Made by a program: the position numbers and the translations under genes. Positions 38,591-48,567 of a stretch of DNA of 64,000 nucleotides are shown one piece after another. The DNA comes from a virus. Positions within the stretch are counted from its first letter, which is position 1; each line of letters opens with the position of its first letter. The stretch lies in IMG/VR virus record IMGVR_UViG_3300044681_000281, positions 11,131 to 75,130 of that record, one strand, 5' to 3'. The notes beneath the pieces were generated by a model. It ran no database searches, was not told where the DNA came from, and saw only the letters and a list, made by a program, of their open reading frames with translations.

Positions 38591-40780
38591 TTATAATCCA
38601 CCTATCGCAATAAAGTGACCCGTAATTGTATGGTTACTATCGGGTAGTAAATAACCTTGGTTATTTGTTCCTGTAAGTGCTTCCGATGTTGTTCTAGTAA
38701 CACCATCCACTACCGATCTTACTCTTGTGTCCTCATTCACACATCCTGCACCACCACCACCTTGTGAAAATGATTTAACGTAAACAGTGTCTGATTGTGT
38801 GAATGTCACGCTTGATGTGTTCCATGATGCTGATGTCTGAGTCTGAGTTTTTGTCATTCTCGCAACTTCAGTACCATTCTTTTCTATATAGATATAACCT
38901 TTAGCACATTCTCCCCCCGTTGCATTTTGTAATGTGAGTGTGTAGGTTGGTGCGGGTGTTGCCGTTGGAACCAGACTATTTTCCATTACGATAACAAAAT
39001 TCGGATTAACACCTTGCTGTACTGTGTACGAATATGTTGCGTAGTTTTGTGTATCAAAATTTGTTGAACCCACACTCACCCCATTCAACTCTAACCTTGT
39101 ACTTGGTGCGGTATATGTTTGTGTACATGGGAACGTCAGGTTAAACGGTCTATACTTAATTAAAATTTGATCTCCGGGGTAAACCACCGCAACTCTAAGG
39201 TTACCATTACCTGTACTTCCTTGAGTTAGGTTCATCGTTGTACCGTCTTGTACACCATTATAATAAATTTCACTAACCGATGTTGTACAACTATTGGTGT
39301 GCTCATAACCGTAAATTAATGTAAATGGTTGTGGTGTTGACGTTGACGTTGGATTTGGAGTGGCGGCCGGTGTTGACGTTGGGTTAGGTGTCGGATCATT
39401 GGTTGGATTAGGGGTTGATGTGGGAACCGGAGTCGCCTGATTGGTGGGAACTGGTGTAGATGTCGGGTATTCCGAATCAACCACAAGACCCATCTGCCAA
39501 TATTTCTCCCCATCAATAATTAAAAATTTATCAGATGAACTTGCCTGAGTAACATAGGTTTTGGCACGACTATTATTTGAAAAGGCAATGCCGTTAAGTG
39601 TACCATCCCACGCCCTTATGTTTAAAGCATCTGATACATTATCAATCCTATTACAAAGTGTCGCTGTTGGTATAAATGAATCAGAAACAGGATCATAAGT
39701 TGATCTACCACCATATAATAAACCGACAATAACCCACTCGCTTCCTCTATCGGTCTCTAACTCACACAAAATTGCCGATCCCGAATCACCCGCATTCGAT
39801 GGGTAGTAACACCAATCCCCTTGTTGGGTTGTAGAACCACTCGCCTGTAATTCGAACGTATCATCCATATAAACACCAACCTGACTACCCTGTTTTTCAT
39901 ATTCAAGGTATGCTGAGGTGGAATATGCGGTACAAAAAAGTTTAGTATCTCCTTCTCCTTTAGCCCCCGTTGTTCTACCGGCACTATAATAAATCTGTTC
40001 AGGATTTTCAAATATGGCATCTAATTCCTCCGTTGTCGCAAATCTTGGAGCACTAGTCATTCCTGTAATACCGAACTGATTCCACGAGACTGATATGTCT
40101 ATAGTTTGTTGTTCTTCGGGATCAATAAATTCAAGGGAGATCGCAGCACAATCTACCTTATTAGATGCCGGTACATCTAACAAGGGTTGGTACTTTTTAA
40201 CGATACCAATAGTATTAGATAAACCATAATCACCCACTTCATTAGGCTGTGTAACACTATGACCACTTGGAGTGAAGACGTTTGTCTTAACACCACTTAA
40301 ATTTCTTTCTGTGGTAAAAAATGCGTCATCACATAACACGTGATTATTACTAATCGCAACCAAGGAATTCGTATCATTATCAACAGCAATAAAACCTAAT
40401 GTACCAACGTAATTACCTAATGCAGTAAAATTCGTCACAGAGATCCCACCTATTAGGGGTCTATGTTTGGCTCTGTTTTCTGGTGGGGTACTCTGCCAAT
40501 CATAGAAACTCGGATCACAGTACCCGAAGGCGAAAGGGGAGTTGGTCCCCTCTATAACGTCAGTACTAAATGTCTCACCGTCAATTGTTATTTGAGATGG
40601 TATTCTCTCATTTTCAGGTATTTCAGACAATGGTTTCTTTCTAATGACAGTAAAAACAATTGTTCTCTCATTAGTTGATTTTCCATTAATGGTCTTAAAT
40701 CCATACCCAACCCCAACAATTTCATCGGAGGTTGACCTATTTAATTCCGCGGTTATTTCTTTTAATCTATCGTTCGTCAT
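38591..40780 (-). CDS. Trypsin-like (S1, Nal1-type) serine protease with a Pro/Thr linker and C-terminal domains
   Basis: Catalytic triad SNNHV / VDCA / AGDSGS; also GTLG, GRTTG and VGLLYGG. Confidence 0.85.
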   Translation of the reverse strand: MTNDRLKEITAELNRSTSDEIVGVGYGFKTINGKSTNERTIVFTVIRKKPLSEIPENERIPSQITIDGETFSTDVIEGTNSPFAFGYCDPSFYDWQSTPPENRAKHRPLIGGISVTNFTALGNYVGTLGFIAVDNDTNSLVAISNNHVLCDDAFFTTERNLSGVKTNVFTPSGHSVTQPNEVGDYGLSNTIGIVKKYQPLLDVPASNKVDCAAISLEFIDPEEQQTIDISVSWNQFGITGMTSAPRFATTEELDAIFENPEQIYYSAGRTTGAKGEGDTKLFCTAYSTSAYLEYEKQGSQVGVYMDDTFELQASGSTTQQGDWCYYPSNAGDSGSAILCELETDRGSEWVIVGLLYGGRSTYDPVSDSFIPTATLCNRIDNVSDALNIRAWDGTLNGIAFSNNSRAKTYVTQASSSDKFLIIDGEKYWQMGLVVDSEYPTSTPVPTNQATPVPTSTPNPTNDPTPNPTSTPAATPNPTSTSTPQPFTLIYGYEHTNSCTTSVSEIYYNGVQDGTTMNLTQGSTGNGNLRVAVVYPGDQILIKYRPFNLTFPCTQTYTAPSTRLELNGVSVGSTNFDTQNYATYSYTVQQGVNPNFVIVMENSLVPTATPAPTYTLTLQNATGGECAKGYIYIEKNGTEVARMTKTQTQTSASWNTSSVTFTQSDTVYVKSFSQGGGGAGCVNEDTRVRSVVDGVTRTTSEALTGTNNQGYLLPDSNHTITGHFIAIGGL

Positions 40781-40788
40781 TGTCTTTA

Positions 40789-43482
40789 TTAATTTGGTAT
40801 ATGAACAAATAATGTGTTAGCTGATCCACTTTGAGTTGATGTTGGTGTTGGTTGTGGTGTTGCCGTTGGGTTTGGTGTCGGGTTAGGCGTTGGATTTGGT
40901 GTGGATGATGGCGTTGGTTGTGGTGTTGCCGTTGGGTTTGGAGTTGCCGTAGGATTCTCCGTTGCTGTTGGATTAGGGGTCGGATCCGGAGTTGCCGTTG
41001 GGTTTGGAGTTGCCGTAGGATTCTCCGTTACTGTTGGTTCAGGTGTAGGATTTGGAGTTGCCGTTGGATTTGGTGTCGCAGTTGGATTCTCCGTTGCCGT
41101 TGGGTTTGGCGTTGGATTTGGTGTTGCGGTAGGATTAGGTGTAGCCGTCGGTAATTCTGTGGCAGTTGGTTGTGGTGTTGGATTTGGTGTGGCGGTAGGA
41201 TTAGGTGTAGCGGTTGGTAACTCGGTTGCTGTTGGGTTAGGGGTTGGATTAGGGGTAGATGTTGGCACCGGTGTCGCTGTTGGATTCTCCGTCGCCGTTG
41301 GGTTAGGTGTTGCCTGAGGTGTAGATGTTGGATTAGGTGTCGCATCAGGTGTCGGTCCGGGAGTTGCCGTTGGGTCCGGTGTTGGGTTGGGGGTTGCCGA
41401 TGGGTTAGGTGTTGCCGTCGGTAATTCAGTTGCCGTTGGGTTTGGGGTTGGCTCTACAGTTGCGGTAGGATTAGGAGTACTTGTTGGGTTCTCCGTTGCC
41501 GTTGGGTTTGGTGTAGAATCCGGTGTTGCCGATGGATTAGGGGTTGGTGTTGGATTTTCAGTAGCGGTCGGTTGTGGGGTTGGTTCTGAAGTTGCCGTTG
41601 GGTTAGGTGTCGCAGTTGGTAACTCAGTGGCGGTTGGGTTAGGTGTTGCCTGCGGAGTTGCCGATGGGTTCGGGGTTGACGTTGGGTTTTCCGTGGCGGT
41701 TGGTACTGGTGTAGGTTGTTCAGTCGCCGTCGGATTAGGAGTTGCGGTAGGATTTTCTGTCGCAGTTGGATTAGGTGTTTCTGTCGGTAATGGTGTTGAA
41801 CCATCAGTCGGTACAGGTGTTGCCGTTGGATTTGCCGTTGGATTTGGTGTGTTTGTCGGTTCGGGTGAAGGTGGTGGTGTTGCTGGCAATGTTGAGGTTG
41901 CCGTAGGTTCGGGGGTTGGGTTTTGAGTGGCTCCAGGTGTTGATGTCGGATTAGGTGAAGGTGGTGGTGTCGGAGTCGCAGTTGACTCAGGGGTAGATGG
42001 AGGTGTGGCAGGTGGTGTTTGTGTCGGCAATTCAGTTGCGGTCGGTTCAGGTGTACTAGTTCCTGTTGGTTCGGGTGAAGGTGGTGGTGTTTGTGTTGGT
42101 AATTCAGTGGCGGTTGGGTTTGGAGTTGATGGTGGTGTTGCCGATGGATTAGGAGTTGGTTCCGCGGTTGGTTCTGGTGTAGATGATGGTGTTGGATTTG
42201 GTGTGGCCGATGGAGTTGCCGTTGGTAATTCAGTGGCAGTTGGTTCGGGTGAAGGTGGTGGTGTTGCTGTTGGGAATTGTGTTGCTGTTGGATCAGGTGT
42301 TGGATTTGGTGTCGCAGTAGGATTCGGAGTTGCCGTCGGTGGGTAACAACACTCAATTAAACCTGATAAAATATTCTCGATCCTTTCATTAAATGATGCG
42401 GAGATAATTAAAAACGACGCAGTGAAGTCGTTAAAATCAGATCTTATTGATCCACTCTCAATCTCTAAAGAATCTAAACGACCTTCAATAGTTGTTAAAA
42501 CCACTGGTGTCGCGGTTGGTTGTGGTGTTGGGTACGGAGGAATATCACCTAACGTTATCCATGAACCACTTTTATTATCTAATACTTCCCACCTACCATC
42601 ATTAGATGATGTGTATGTATTAAAGTCAGTTCTAACACTAACACTCTCAGTTTCTAAAGAACTAACCCTTCCATTTAATGAAGATGTGGTTAACTCAATT
42701 GATTCAAATTTAGAATCTGCTGACGACGTGTGTTGGTTGAAATCGGAACGAATTGATCCTGTCTCCGATTCAATTGCACCAAATCTATTATTTGATTCCA
42801 ACACGTATGTCGCAAATGCATTATCATTTTCGGTATCAACACTATTAATTAAATCTACAATTTCTTTAAACGAATCTTTATCAGCATCTGATGAGAACAA
42901 AATGGCATCTATTCTACCCCTCTCAATCTCAATTTCAGAACTAAGAGAACCTGTAGTTATTTCTATAGAATTAAGTCTACCATCAATCGTTTGTATGTCG
43001 GTCTCAATACTTGAGGTGGTAATTTCAATAGAATTTAATCTACCATTTACAACATCTAAATCCGTCTCAATACTCGCGGTTGCGTTTTCTAATGCGTCTA
43101 ATCTTCCATTCTGTTCTGTGTTAACATAATTGTTTGAGGAAGTATATGTGTTGAAATACTCTCTTAATTCTTGAACTTCGTAATCGGTAGCAAATCCATC
43201 GTCTAAAGATCCTGTAAATGATTCGATAGAATCAAGTCTTTCCTTAGCGGATGATGAGAAGACATTTAACTCACTAATTGAAGATGTAGATGAGTTTAAT
43301 GAAGACGTAAATGAGTTAAATGAGGAACTCAAAACAAATGCAGATGATAGATCATCCGAAATTTGACCCTTAATTGTGTCTAATGAAGTTCCATAGGTTT
43401 TCCCGTCCTGTGAGATAGGGATAATACCACTCCCACTTGGGGTTAAACTTGAACTTAGATCCGAAATTCTTCTAAATGCCAT
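40789..43482 (-). CDS. Fibre-like protein with an N-terminal coiled coil and a ~500-aa mucin-like Pro/Thr tract
   Basis: RL.SIE..T.S 14-aa coiled-coil repeats followed by PTATPNP/PTATELP/PTATENP repeats. Confidence 0.75.
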   Translation of the reverse strand: MAFRRISDLSSSLTPSGSGIIPISQDGKTYGTSLDTIKGQISDDLSSAFVLSSSFNSFTSSLNSSTSSISELNVFSSSAKERLDSIESFTGSLDDGFATDYEVQELREYFNTYTSSNNYVNTEQNGRLDALENATASIETDLDVVNGRLNSIEITTSSIETDIQTIDGRLNSIEITTGSLSSEIEIERGRIDAILFSSDADKDSFKEIVDLINSVDTENDNAFATYVLESNNRFGAIESETGSIRSDFNQHTSSADSKFESIELTTSSLNGRVSSLETESVSVRTDFNTYTSSNDGRWEVLDNKSGSWITLGDIPPYPTPQPTATPVVLTTIEGRLDSLEIESGSIRSDFNDFTASFLIISASFNERIENILSGLIECCYPPTATPNPTATPNPTPDPTATQFPTATPPPSPEPTATELPTATPSATPNPTPSSTPEPTAEPTPNPSATPPSTPNPTATELPTQTPPPSPEPTGTSTPEPTATELPTQTPPATPPSTPESTATPTPPPSPNPTSTPGATQNPTPEPTATSTLPATPPPSPEPTNTPNPTANPTATPVPTDGSTPLPTETPNPTATENPTATPNPTATEQPTPVPTATENPTSTPNPSATPQATPNPTATELPTATPNPTATSEPTPQPTATENPTPTPNPSATPDSTPNPTATENPTSTPNPTATVEPTPNPTATELPTATPNPSATPNPTPDPTATPGPTPDATPNPTSTPQATPNPTATENPTATPVPTSTPNPTPNPTATELPTATPNPTATPNPTPQPTATELPTATPNPTATPNPTPNPTATENPTATPNPTATPNPTPEPTVTENPTATPNPTATPDPTPNPTATENPTATPNPTATPQPTPSSTPNPTPNPTPNPTATPQPTPTSTQSGSANTLFVHIPN
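40830..42343 (-). repeat. Coding low-complexity tandem repeat (Pro/Thr, mostly 18-bp units)
   Basis: GTTGCCGTTGG-like units repeated dozens of times with synonymous variation. Confidence 0.9.
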
Positions 43483-43495
43483 TCTTATAAATATT

Positions 43496-44518
43496 TTAAT
43501 AAATTAGTACGTCACCTGTCTCGGTGTAAATAACATCTTTTTGTCCATCCGAATCTATATCACCCTCAAAAGTGATCGTATTGTCGTTATATGGGACAAT
43601 ATCTTTTTCTTCACACGGACTTGTACACTCGTTTATTAGGAAAAAAGGTTTGGTTGAAACCAAATAATGATGTCTTACCTCCAATGCGTTAAGTGGAGAT
43701 TCAATATATTTTATTCTTTTAAGGTTGAATTGTGTAATTCCTTCATGAATTCCACCCGAACCCGAAGCACCACCACCCCACGATTGCACGAAGGGTTGGA
43801 AACCTCTTATCGAGGGAATAATTTCCTCCCAATTATCTTTTTTATAAATGGGCCATCCATTAAGATATATTTTTAAAATACCTAAACGAGCATACCTCTC
43901 ATCGTTCCAATCCTTATTAAGTTCTTCCGTATAACTCGTTTGTTCGGTCGCGCCTGATAGAACCACATCCATAGGGTTTGTAATAGTATCACCTGTAATT
44001 AGATCATTCCAACCCCCCGCATTTTCTATCTCACATTCTGTATGTCTAAGGTGTCTATCAAACACTACCGTAATGTTAAAATCCTTTGTGGTTCCGTTAA
44101 AACATAAAACAGGTGTTCTTCCCGAATCAACATAAAAGGATTCTTGGTAAACCTCGTTTATACATTCACCTGAATATCTATAGGATTTCCATTCAATACG
44201 ACCGTCAGGAGTGAAACCAAATGACAAGTTATTGTCTGCGTATAAGTTTGGGTCGTGTTCATCTCGAACACCAAAAAAATAAAAGACACTACCTAATGTC
44301 CATGGGAGATTTTCCCTATTAAAAACAAAATCTAACGTCCACCCTTTTTCAGGTCTTCGTTTAATTAGGAAGTCGCAGTTATCTATACCACCGTGAGTAT
44401 TAAATTGATAGGCCCATGGTCTCACATCTAAAGTGGGATCAATAGGACAACAATCACCCGATAAACTTGACTGACATTCAATTAAATTGGTGGTAAAACC
44501 TGATATCTCCAATGACAT
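43496..44518 (-). CDS. Hypothetical virion protein, possibly LamG/ConA-like
   Basis: WTLDFVF, NITVVF and LKIYLNG beta-sandwich pattern. Confidence 0.5.
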   Translation of the reverse strand: MSLEISGFTTNLIECQSSLSGDCCPIDPTLDVRPWAYQFNTHGGIDNCDFLIKRRPEKGWTLDFVFNRENLPWTLGSVFYFFGVRDEHDPNLYADNNLSFGFTPDGRIEWKSYRYSGECINEVYQESFYVDSGRTPVLCFNGTTKDFNITVVFDRHLRHTECEIENAGGWNDLITGDTITNPMDVVLSGATEQTSYTEELNKDWNDERYARLGILKIYLNGWPIYKKDNWEEIIPSIRGFQPFVQSWGGGASGSGGIHEGITQFNLKRIKYIESPLNALEVRHHYLVSTKPFFLINECTSPCEEKDIVPYNDNTITFEGDIDSDGQKDVIYTETGDVLIY

Positions 44519-44577
44519 TTTTACTTTTCTATATAAATAGTAAAAACATCAGTTATTTTTGGTCTGGCAGGTAATTT

Positions 44578-46353
44578 TTAGAACGTACCACTAAATTTAT
44601 AAACTCTCCCCATTTCTAATCCGTACCCACTGGATTCTACTATAGTAAAATTCCTTATTGTACAAATTGAACCATTATATGATGGTGCAGATGTTAATTG
44701 TATTTTAACACTGTTTCCTGTAGAGTCATATCCCGCACTTGGGTTGTAAGGGTTAGATGGCATCCCCACTAATTCGATTGTTGATGACGTTGTCAATGAT
44801 TGCCATAAACCTTCCCCATCTATTACACCCGCATTATATGGTATTATCCCATAAACGTTTTCACTATTTGGTCCTAACACCATTTGACGATTAAATTGTA
44901 ATTCGTAGATATCCTCCCATGCAGTTGACGTTCCAAAAGTGTTCGCGGGACCTTCAACACGGATGACCGAAAGATCGTAAGCATTATTGTTTACTTGATA
45001 GAATGGTATAATTGGTAATGTTACGGTTGGTGTTGGAGTAGGGGTTGGGGTCTCGGTACTTGTAGGTATTGGTGTGTTTGTTGGTGTAGGTGTACATTGA
45101 ACGATAAAAGGTTCATATCTTACAACAACACCATTCACATCGGTTTCAATTATATATTCTGTGGAACCAACTACCCATAAAAGTCCTTGGGGTGTCCCAT
45201 AGTACTGATTTGTAACCCAAAATTGATTACTATCTTGACCATTTGGATTTGTAAACTGAGTACCCAAACCTAATGTGTTACCATAATAAGTTTGAGTTTG
45301 GTAATTGGCGGCAAGAGCACTACAAGTTGCATCACCTAATTCACTTGTTGTCATTCCACTAAAAGACAACGATCCCATACCAAGACTATAGACATACGCC
45401 AATGTAATTGAATTTATAACTTCAGTGGCCGTAGGTGAAGGTGTCTCAGTAGGTGTGGGTAAAGAACTACAATCAACGATTTCGGTCACCACACCATCAA
45501 CGACTTTATATGCCGCGTTTAAGGATGGGTCTGAAATGTTGTAGTTAACAAAGTACGTACCTCCCCACCATGTATTTGAATTTGCCTGTATAGTTAATCC
45601 GGAATTTAAATAAACTATGTCACCTACTTGAGGTGTTGGGTTATTAAAATAGACGGTGGTAGTGTTGGATGCGAAACATGACACACCTAAACAATCCAAC
45701 GCCTGACACGTTAAATAACTACTATTATAAATGGTTCCAATACCTCCCACACCCCAAACAAACATTGACGAGTAGGATGATGATGTTGCTGTCGGAGCGG
45801 GTGTTGATGTGGGTTCAGGTGTACCTGTAGGTGTTGGAGTTTCTGTTGGGGTAGGTGTCGGATCATTGGTTGGATTAGGGGTTGATGTTGGTTCTGAAGT
45901 TGACGTAGGTTCGGGGGTTGATGTTGGAGGTATAAGAGGGTATTCACATATTCTAAAATAATGAATTTCATTTGTATAACCCGTATATGTAAAAACATCA
46001 TTATTTAAAATGAAATCTTCATAATCATGTAAAATATTACCCTCCTCATCTCTTATATTGAAATGATTGGTAAACTCATCATAGTCAAAAATTTGTTCTA
46101 AACCATAGTATAAGTAATTAGGATCATTTGGTCGGTTATCGATTTCACATAATTTAATTAATGGTCGATCTGTTCTATCATTACGTAAATCATTTAATAC
46201 ACCCACAGGTAAAACCAATGGGTTACTAAAATCTAAAACTTTGGGGTCAAAATCATTATCAAACCCCGCAATTTCATAGTCGTAAGTTTCGGAATTATCC
46301 AATTCCAAATCAAACCCTATCCTTAAATTCCTTAAAATGTCCTGACTATTCAT
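44578..46353 (-). CDS. Multi-domain protein with three Pro/Thr linkers (putative virion decoration/adhesin)
   Basis: Cys-containing beta-rich modules separated by PTxT tracts. Confidence 0.65.
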   Translation of the reverse strand: MNSQDILRNLRIGFDLELDNSETYDYEIAGFDNDFDPKVLDFSNPLVLPVGVLNDLRNDRTDRPLIKLCEIDNRPNDPNYLYYGLEQIFDYDEFTNHFNIRDEEGNILHDYEDFILNNDVFTYTGYTNEIHYFRICEYPLIPPTSTPEPTSTSEPTSTPNPTNDPTPTPTETPTPTGTPEPTSTPAPTATSSSYSSMFVWGVGGIGTIYNSSYLTCQALDCLGVSCFASNTTTVYFNNPTPQVGDIVYLNSGLTIQANSNTWWGGTYFVNYNISDPSLNAAYKVVDGVVTEIVDCSSLPTPTETPSPTATEVINSITLAYVYSLGMGSLSFSGMTTSELGDATCSALAANYQTQTYYGNTLGLGTQFTNPNGQDSNQFWVTNQYYGTPQGLLWVVGSTEYIIETDVNGVVVRYEPFIVQCTPTPTNTPIPTSTETPTPTPTPTVTLPIIPFYQVNNNAYDLSVIRVEGPANTFGTSTAWEDIYELQFNRQMVLGPNSENVYGIIPYNAGVIDGEGLWQSLTTSSTIELVGMPSNPYNPSAGYDSTGNSVKIQLTSAPSYNGSICTIRNFTIVESSGYGLEMGRVYKFSGTF

Positions 46354-46406
46354 ACTATTATAAATATCTTTCTTAACATTTGATATTTATAATAAAACTA
46401 GTTTCT

Positions 46407-47141
46407 ATGAATAATTTCGTAAAACAGGTCATTGAGGAGAAATTTGCGTCAAAAGCACAACAAAGATTCTTCTATGCGAAGGCCAATGAAAAGGGTTCAA
46501 GTAAGAAGGAAAAGAAGAAATGGTCTAAATGGGCTAAGGAGTTTTCTTCTGACACAGATTTCGATGAGATTCCCGATAAAGTTGCGTCCGAAGAGAAAGA
46601 GGTAGATGAAATTGTCGATTCAAAGGGTAATATTAAAAGAGGTGAAAAACCAACAGACTTACCTAAGAAAGGAATAACATCAAAAAGTACCTCAGACAAG
46701 GCGGCAAAGACATTTGGTGGTTCAATGGGAACACATGGTGTTCACGGTACCCACACTTCTTTAAGATATTGGGCAGAATCTGACATGAGTAAATCATTAG
46801 GGTACGACGACACTTTAGGTGATGACGATTCATTTAAGGAGGCGTATCGTCACTTTACTAAAACTTTAGGATTGACACATGATGATGCGATGGAAAGACT
46901 CGAATCTATGGGATATGACGAAAAGTTACCCGATGATAAAGTTAGATTGGTTGAAAATCCTAAGAAATTTATGAGAGATTACGTTGAGACTGTACTTTCT
47001 AAGAAAACCACAGATTCAGAGTTAGTTAAATCGGGGGAAACTAAAGAAATTCCACCAATAATCATGAGACAAATTAATTCTCTTAAAAATTCATTGGAGA
47101 ATAATGGATTATCTCTAAATGATGTGAAAGACTTATTCTAA
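46407..47141 (+). CDS. Hypothetical protein (possible head-internal protein)
   Basis: MNNFVKQVIEEKFASKAQQRFFYA; first of four TAATG-coupled genes. Confidence 0.75.
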   Translation: MNNFVKQVIEEKFASKAQQRFFYAKANEKGSSKKEKKKWSKWAKEFSSDTDFDEIPDKVASEEKEVDEIVDSKGNIKRGEKPTDLPKKGITSKSTSDKAAKTFGGSMGTHGVHGTHTSLRYWAESDMSKSLGYDDTLGDDDSFKEAYRHFTKTLGLTHDDAMERLESMGYDEKLPDDKVRLVENPKKFMRDYVETVLSKKTTDSELVKSGETKEIPPIIMRQINSLKNSLENNGLSLNDVKDLF

Positions 47142-47623
47142 TGAATGGTAGATTAAAAAATAGAGTTTTTCAGATTCCCCAAAACGTATGTGACTATGTA
47201 CAAAAAGTCTTTTCGTCTTTGGAGGATAAATCTATTGATGGAACTCAAAGAGCAAAGAATTTACTAAAAAATAAGAACGTCACATATGGTCAATTGAAGA
47301 GGATTCTTCACGATTTAGAATCAGGTACCCTCCCTCTTATTCAATACAACTTAGCGGGTGGGGATCTCATGAAAGAATGGGGTAGGACCTTCTTAGATGG
47401 TGAAAGAGACTTAATTGAGAAAAATAAGAAATCACAACAAAGATCAAATAATATTGGTCAAATAGATAGAAAAAATGCATTCCTTAAAACTCACACAAAA
47501 AAATCAAACGATCATAGAATCGGTGGTAATATGTTAAAGTCTAATTCAGATAAAACATCAGTAACCCCAATATCGTCTTTAGGTGTTTTTGAGGAAATAA
47601 AGAGAATCAAAGAATTATTATAA
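47141..47623 (+). CDS. Hypothetical protein
   Basis: GTQRAKNL...TYGQLKRI...GG...W; ends EEIKRIKELL. Confidence 0.75.
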   Translation: MNGRLKNRVFQIPQNVCDYVQKVFSSLEDKSIDGTQRAKNLLKNKNVTYGQLKRILHDLESGTLPLIQYNLAGGDLMKEWGRTFLDGERDLIEKNKKSQQRSNNIGQIDRKNAFLKTHTKKSNDHRIGGNMLKSNSDKTSVTPISSLGVFEEIKRIKELL

Positions 47624-48567
47624 TGGCAAGTCAAATAGATTTAATATCCGATAAGTTTAGAGATGAGGCGTTGGCAAGAAACTCATACAAAACAGATAAT
47701 AGGTACGATTCAAACCATGTAAACGCAATCTCTAACGGAGATGAAAAAGGTAAAGGTGAGAATGGTTCCTATGTTGGTTCTTCTGTGGATATCAATAATC
47801 GAATTGACTCCATGGGTAGAAATAAATACGGACCTGATTTTGGTTATGGTGTTGAGAACCCCAATGCGGTTTCTGATGGTGACGAATACGGAAGAGGTGA
47901 AAATATGGGTCAGATTGGGACATTTACCGATCTCAACCAAAGAAGAGAACACCTACTAAGAAATGAGTATAACGAAAATAATGGGTATGGTGTAAATCAT
48001 CCAAACGCATTGTCAGATGGTGATGAAGAAGGAAAGGGCGAAAACAATGGAAAAGTCGGAGGTTTAACCGACATCAACACTCGAATTGACAACGTGGGTA
48101 GAAACTTTTACAATCCTCAAAATGGTTATGGAGTAACCCATCCAAATGCATTATCTGATGGTGATGAAAAAGGTAAAGGCGAAAACAGTCAAAGTATTGG
48201 TTCACTAACAGATATTAATACAAGAATAGATAGTCTTAATAGAAATATCTATAAAGAGAATAGTGGATATGGGGTGAACCACCCTAATGCACTCTCAAGT
48301 GGAGACGAACCTGGTAAGGGAGAACTTAGTGGTCAGGTTGGTGGATTAACCGACATTAATTCAAGGACTGACAACCAAAGTAGAAACATATATACACCGA
48401 CAAATGGCTATGGTGTTGTTCACCCAAATGCAATCTCCGATGGAGATGAAAAAGGAAGAGGTGAGGGTACCGCCAAAAAAGTGGGTACACGAACCGATAT
48501 AAATGAACGCAATCAACACATTGGTAGGAACCAATATAGTTCTAATCAAGGATATCCCGACTTTTAA
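47623..48567 (+). CDS. Protein made of six 47-aa tandem repeats
   Basis: Unit RNxY-x5-YGVxHPNALSDGDExGxGE-x5-G-x2-TDINxR, 141-bp period. Confidence 0.85.
   Translation: MASQIDLISDKFRDEALARNSYKTDNRYDSNHVNAISNGDEKGKGENGSYVGSSVDINNRIDSMGRNKYGPDFGYGVENPNAVSDGDEYGRGENMGQIGTFTDLNQRREHLLRNEYNENNGYGVNHPNALSDGDEEGKGENNGKVGGLTDINTRIDNVGRNFYNPQNGYGVTHPNALSDGDEKGKGENSQSIGSLTDINTRIDSLNRNIYKENSGYGVNHPNALSSGDEPGKGELSGQVGGLTDINSRTDNQSRNIYTPTNGYGVVHPNAISDGDEKGRGEGTAKKVGTRTDINERNQHIGRNQYSSNQGYPDF

Noticed and set aside
40901-43129. Several + strand GVAVG-rich ORFs and alternate-frame Gln/His/Arg ORFs
   Set aside because: These are shadow frames of the Pro/Thr repeat and coiled-coil gene; low complexity removes stop codons.
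47680-48545. 141-bp periodic DNA resembling a CRISPR or non-coding array
   Set aside because: The period is a multiple of 3, variation is concentrated at synonymous positions, there are no identical repeats with unique spacers, and no cas genes are present.
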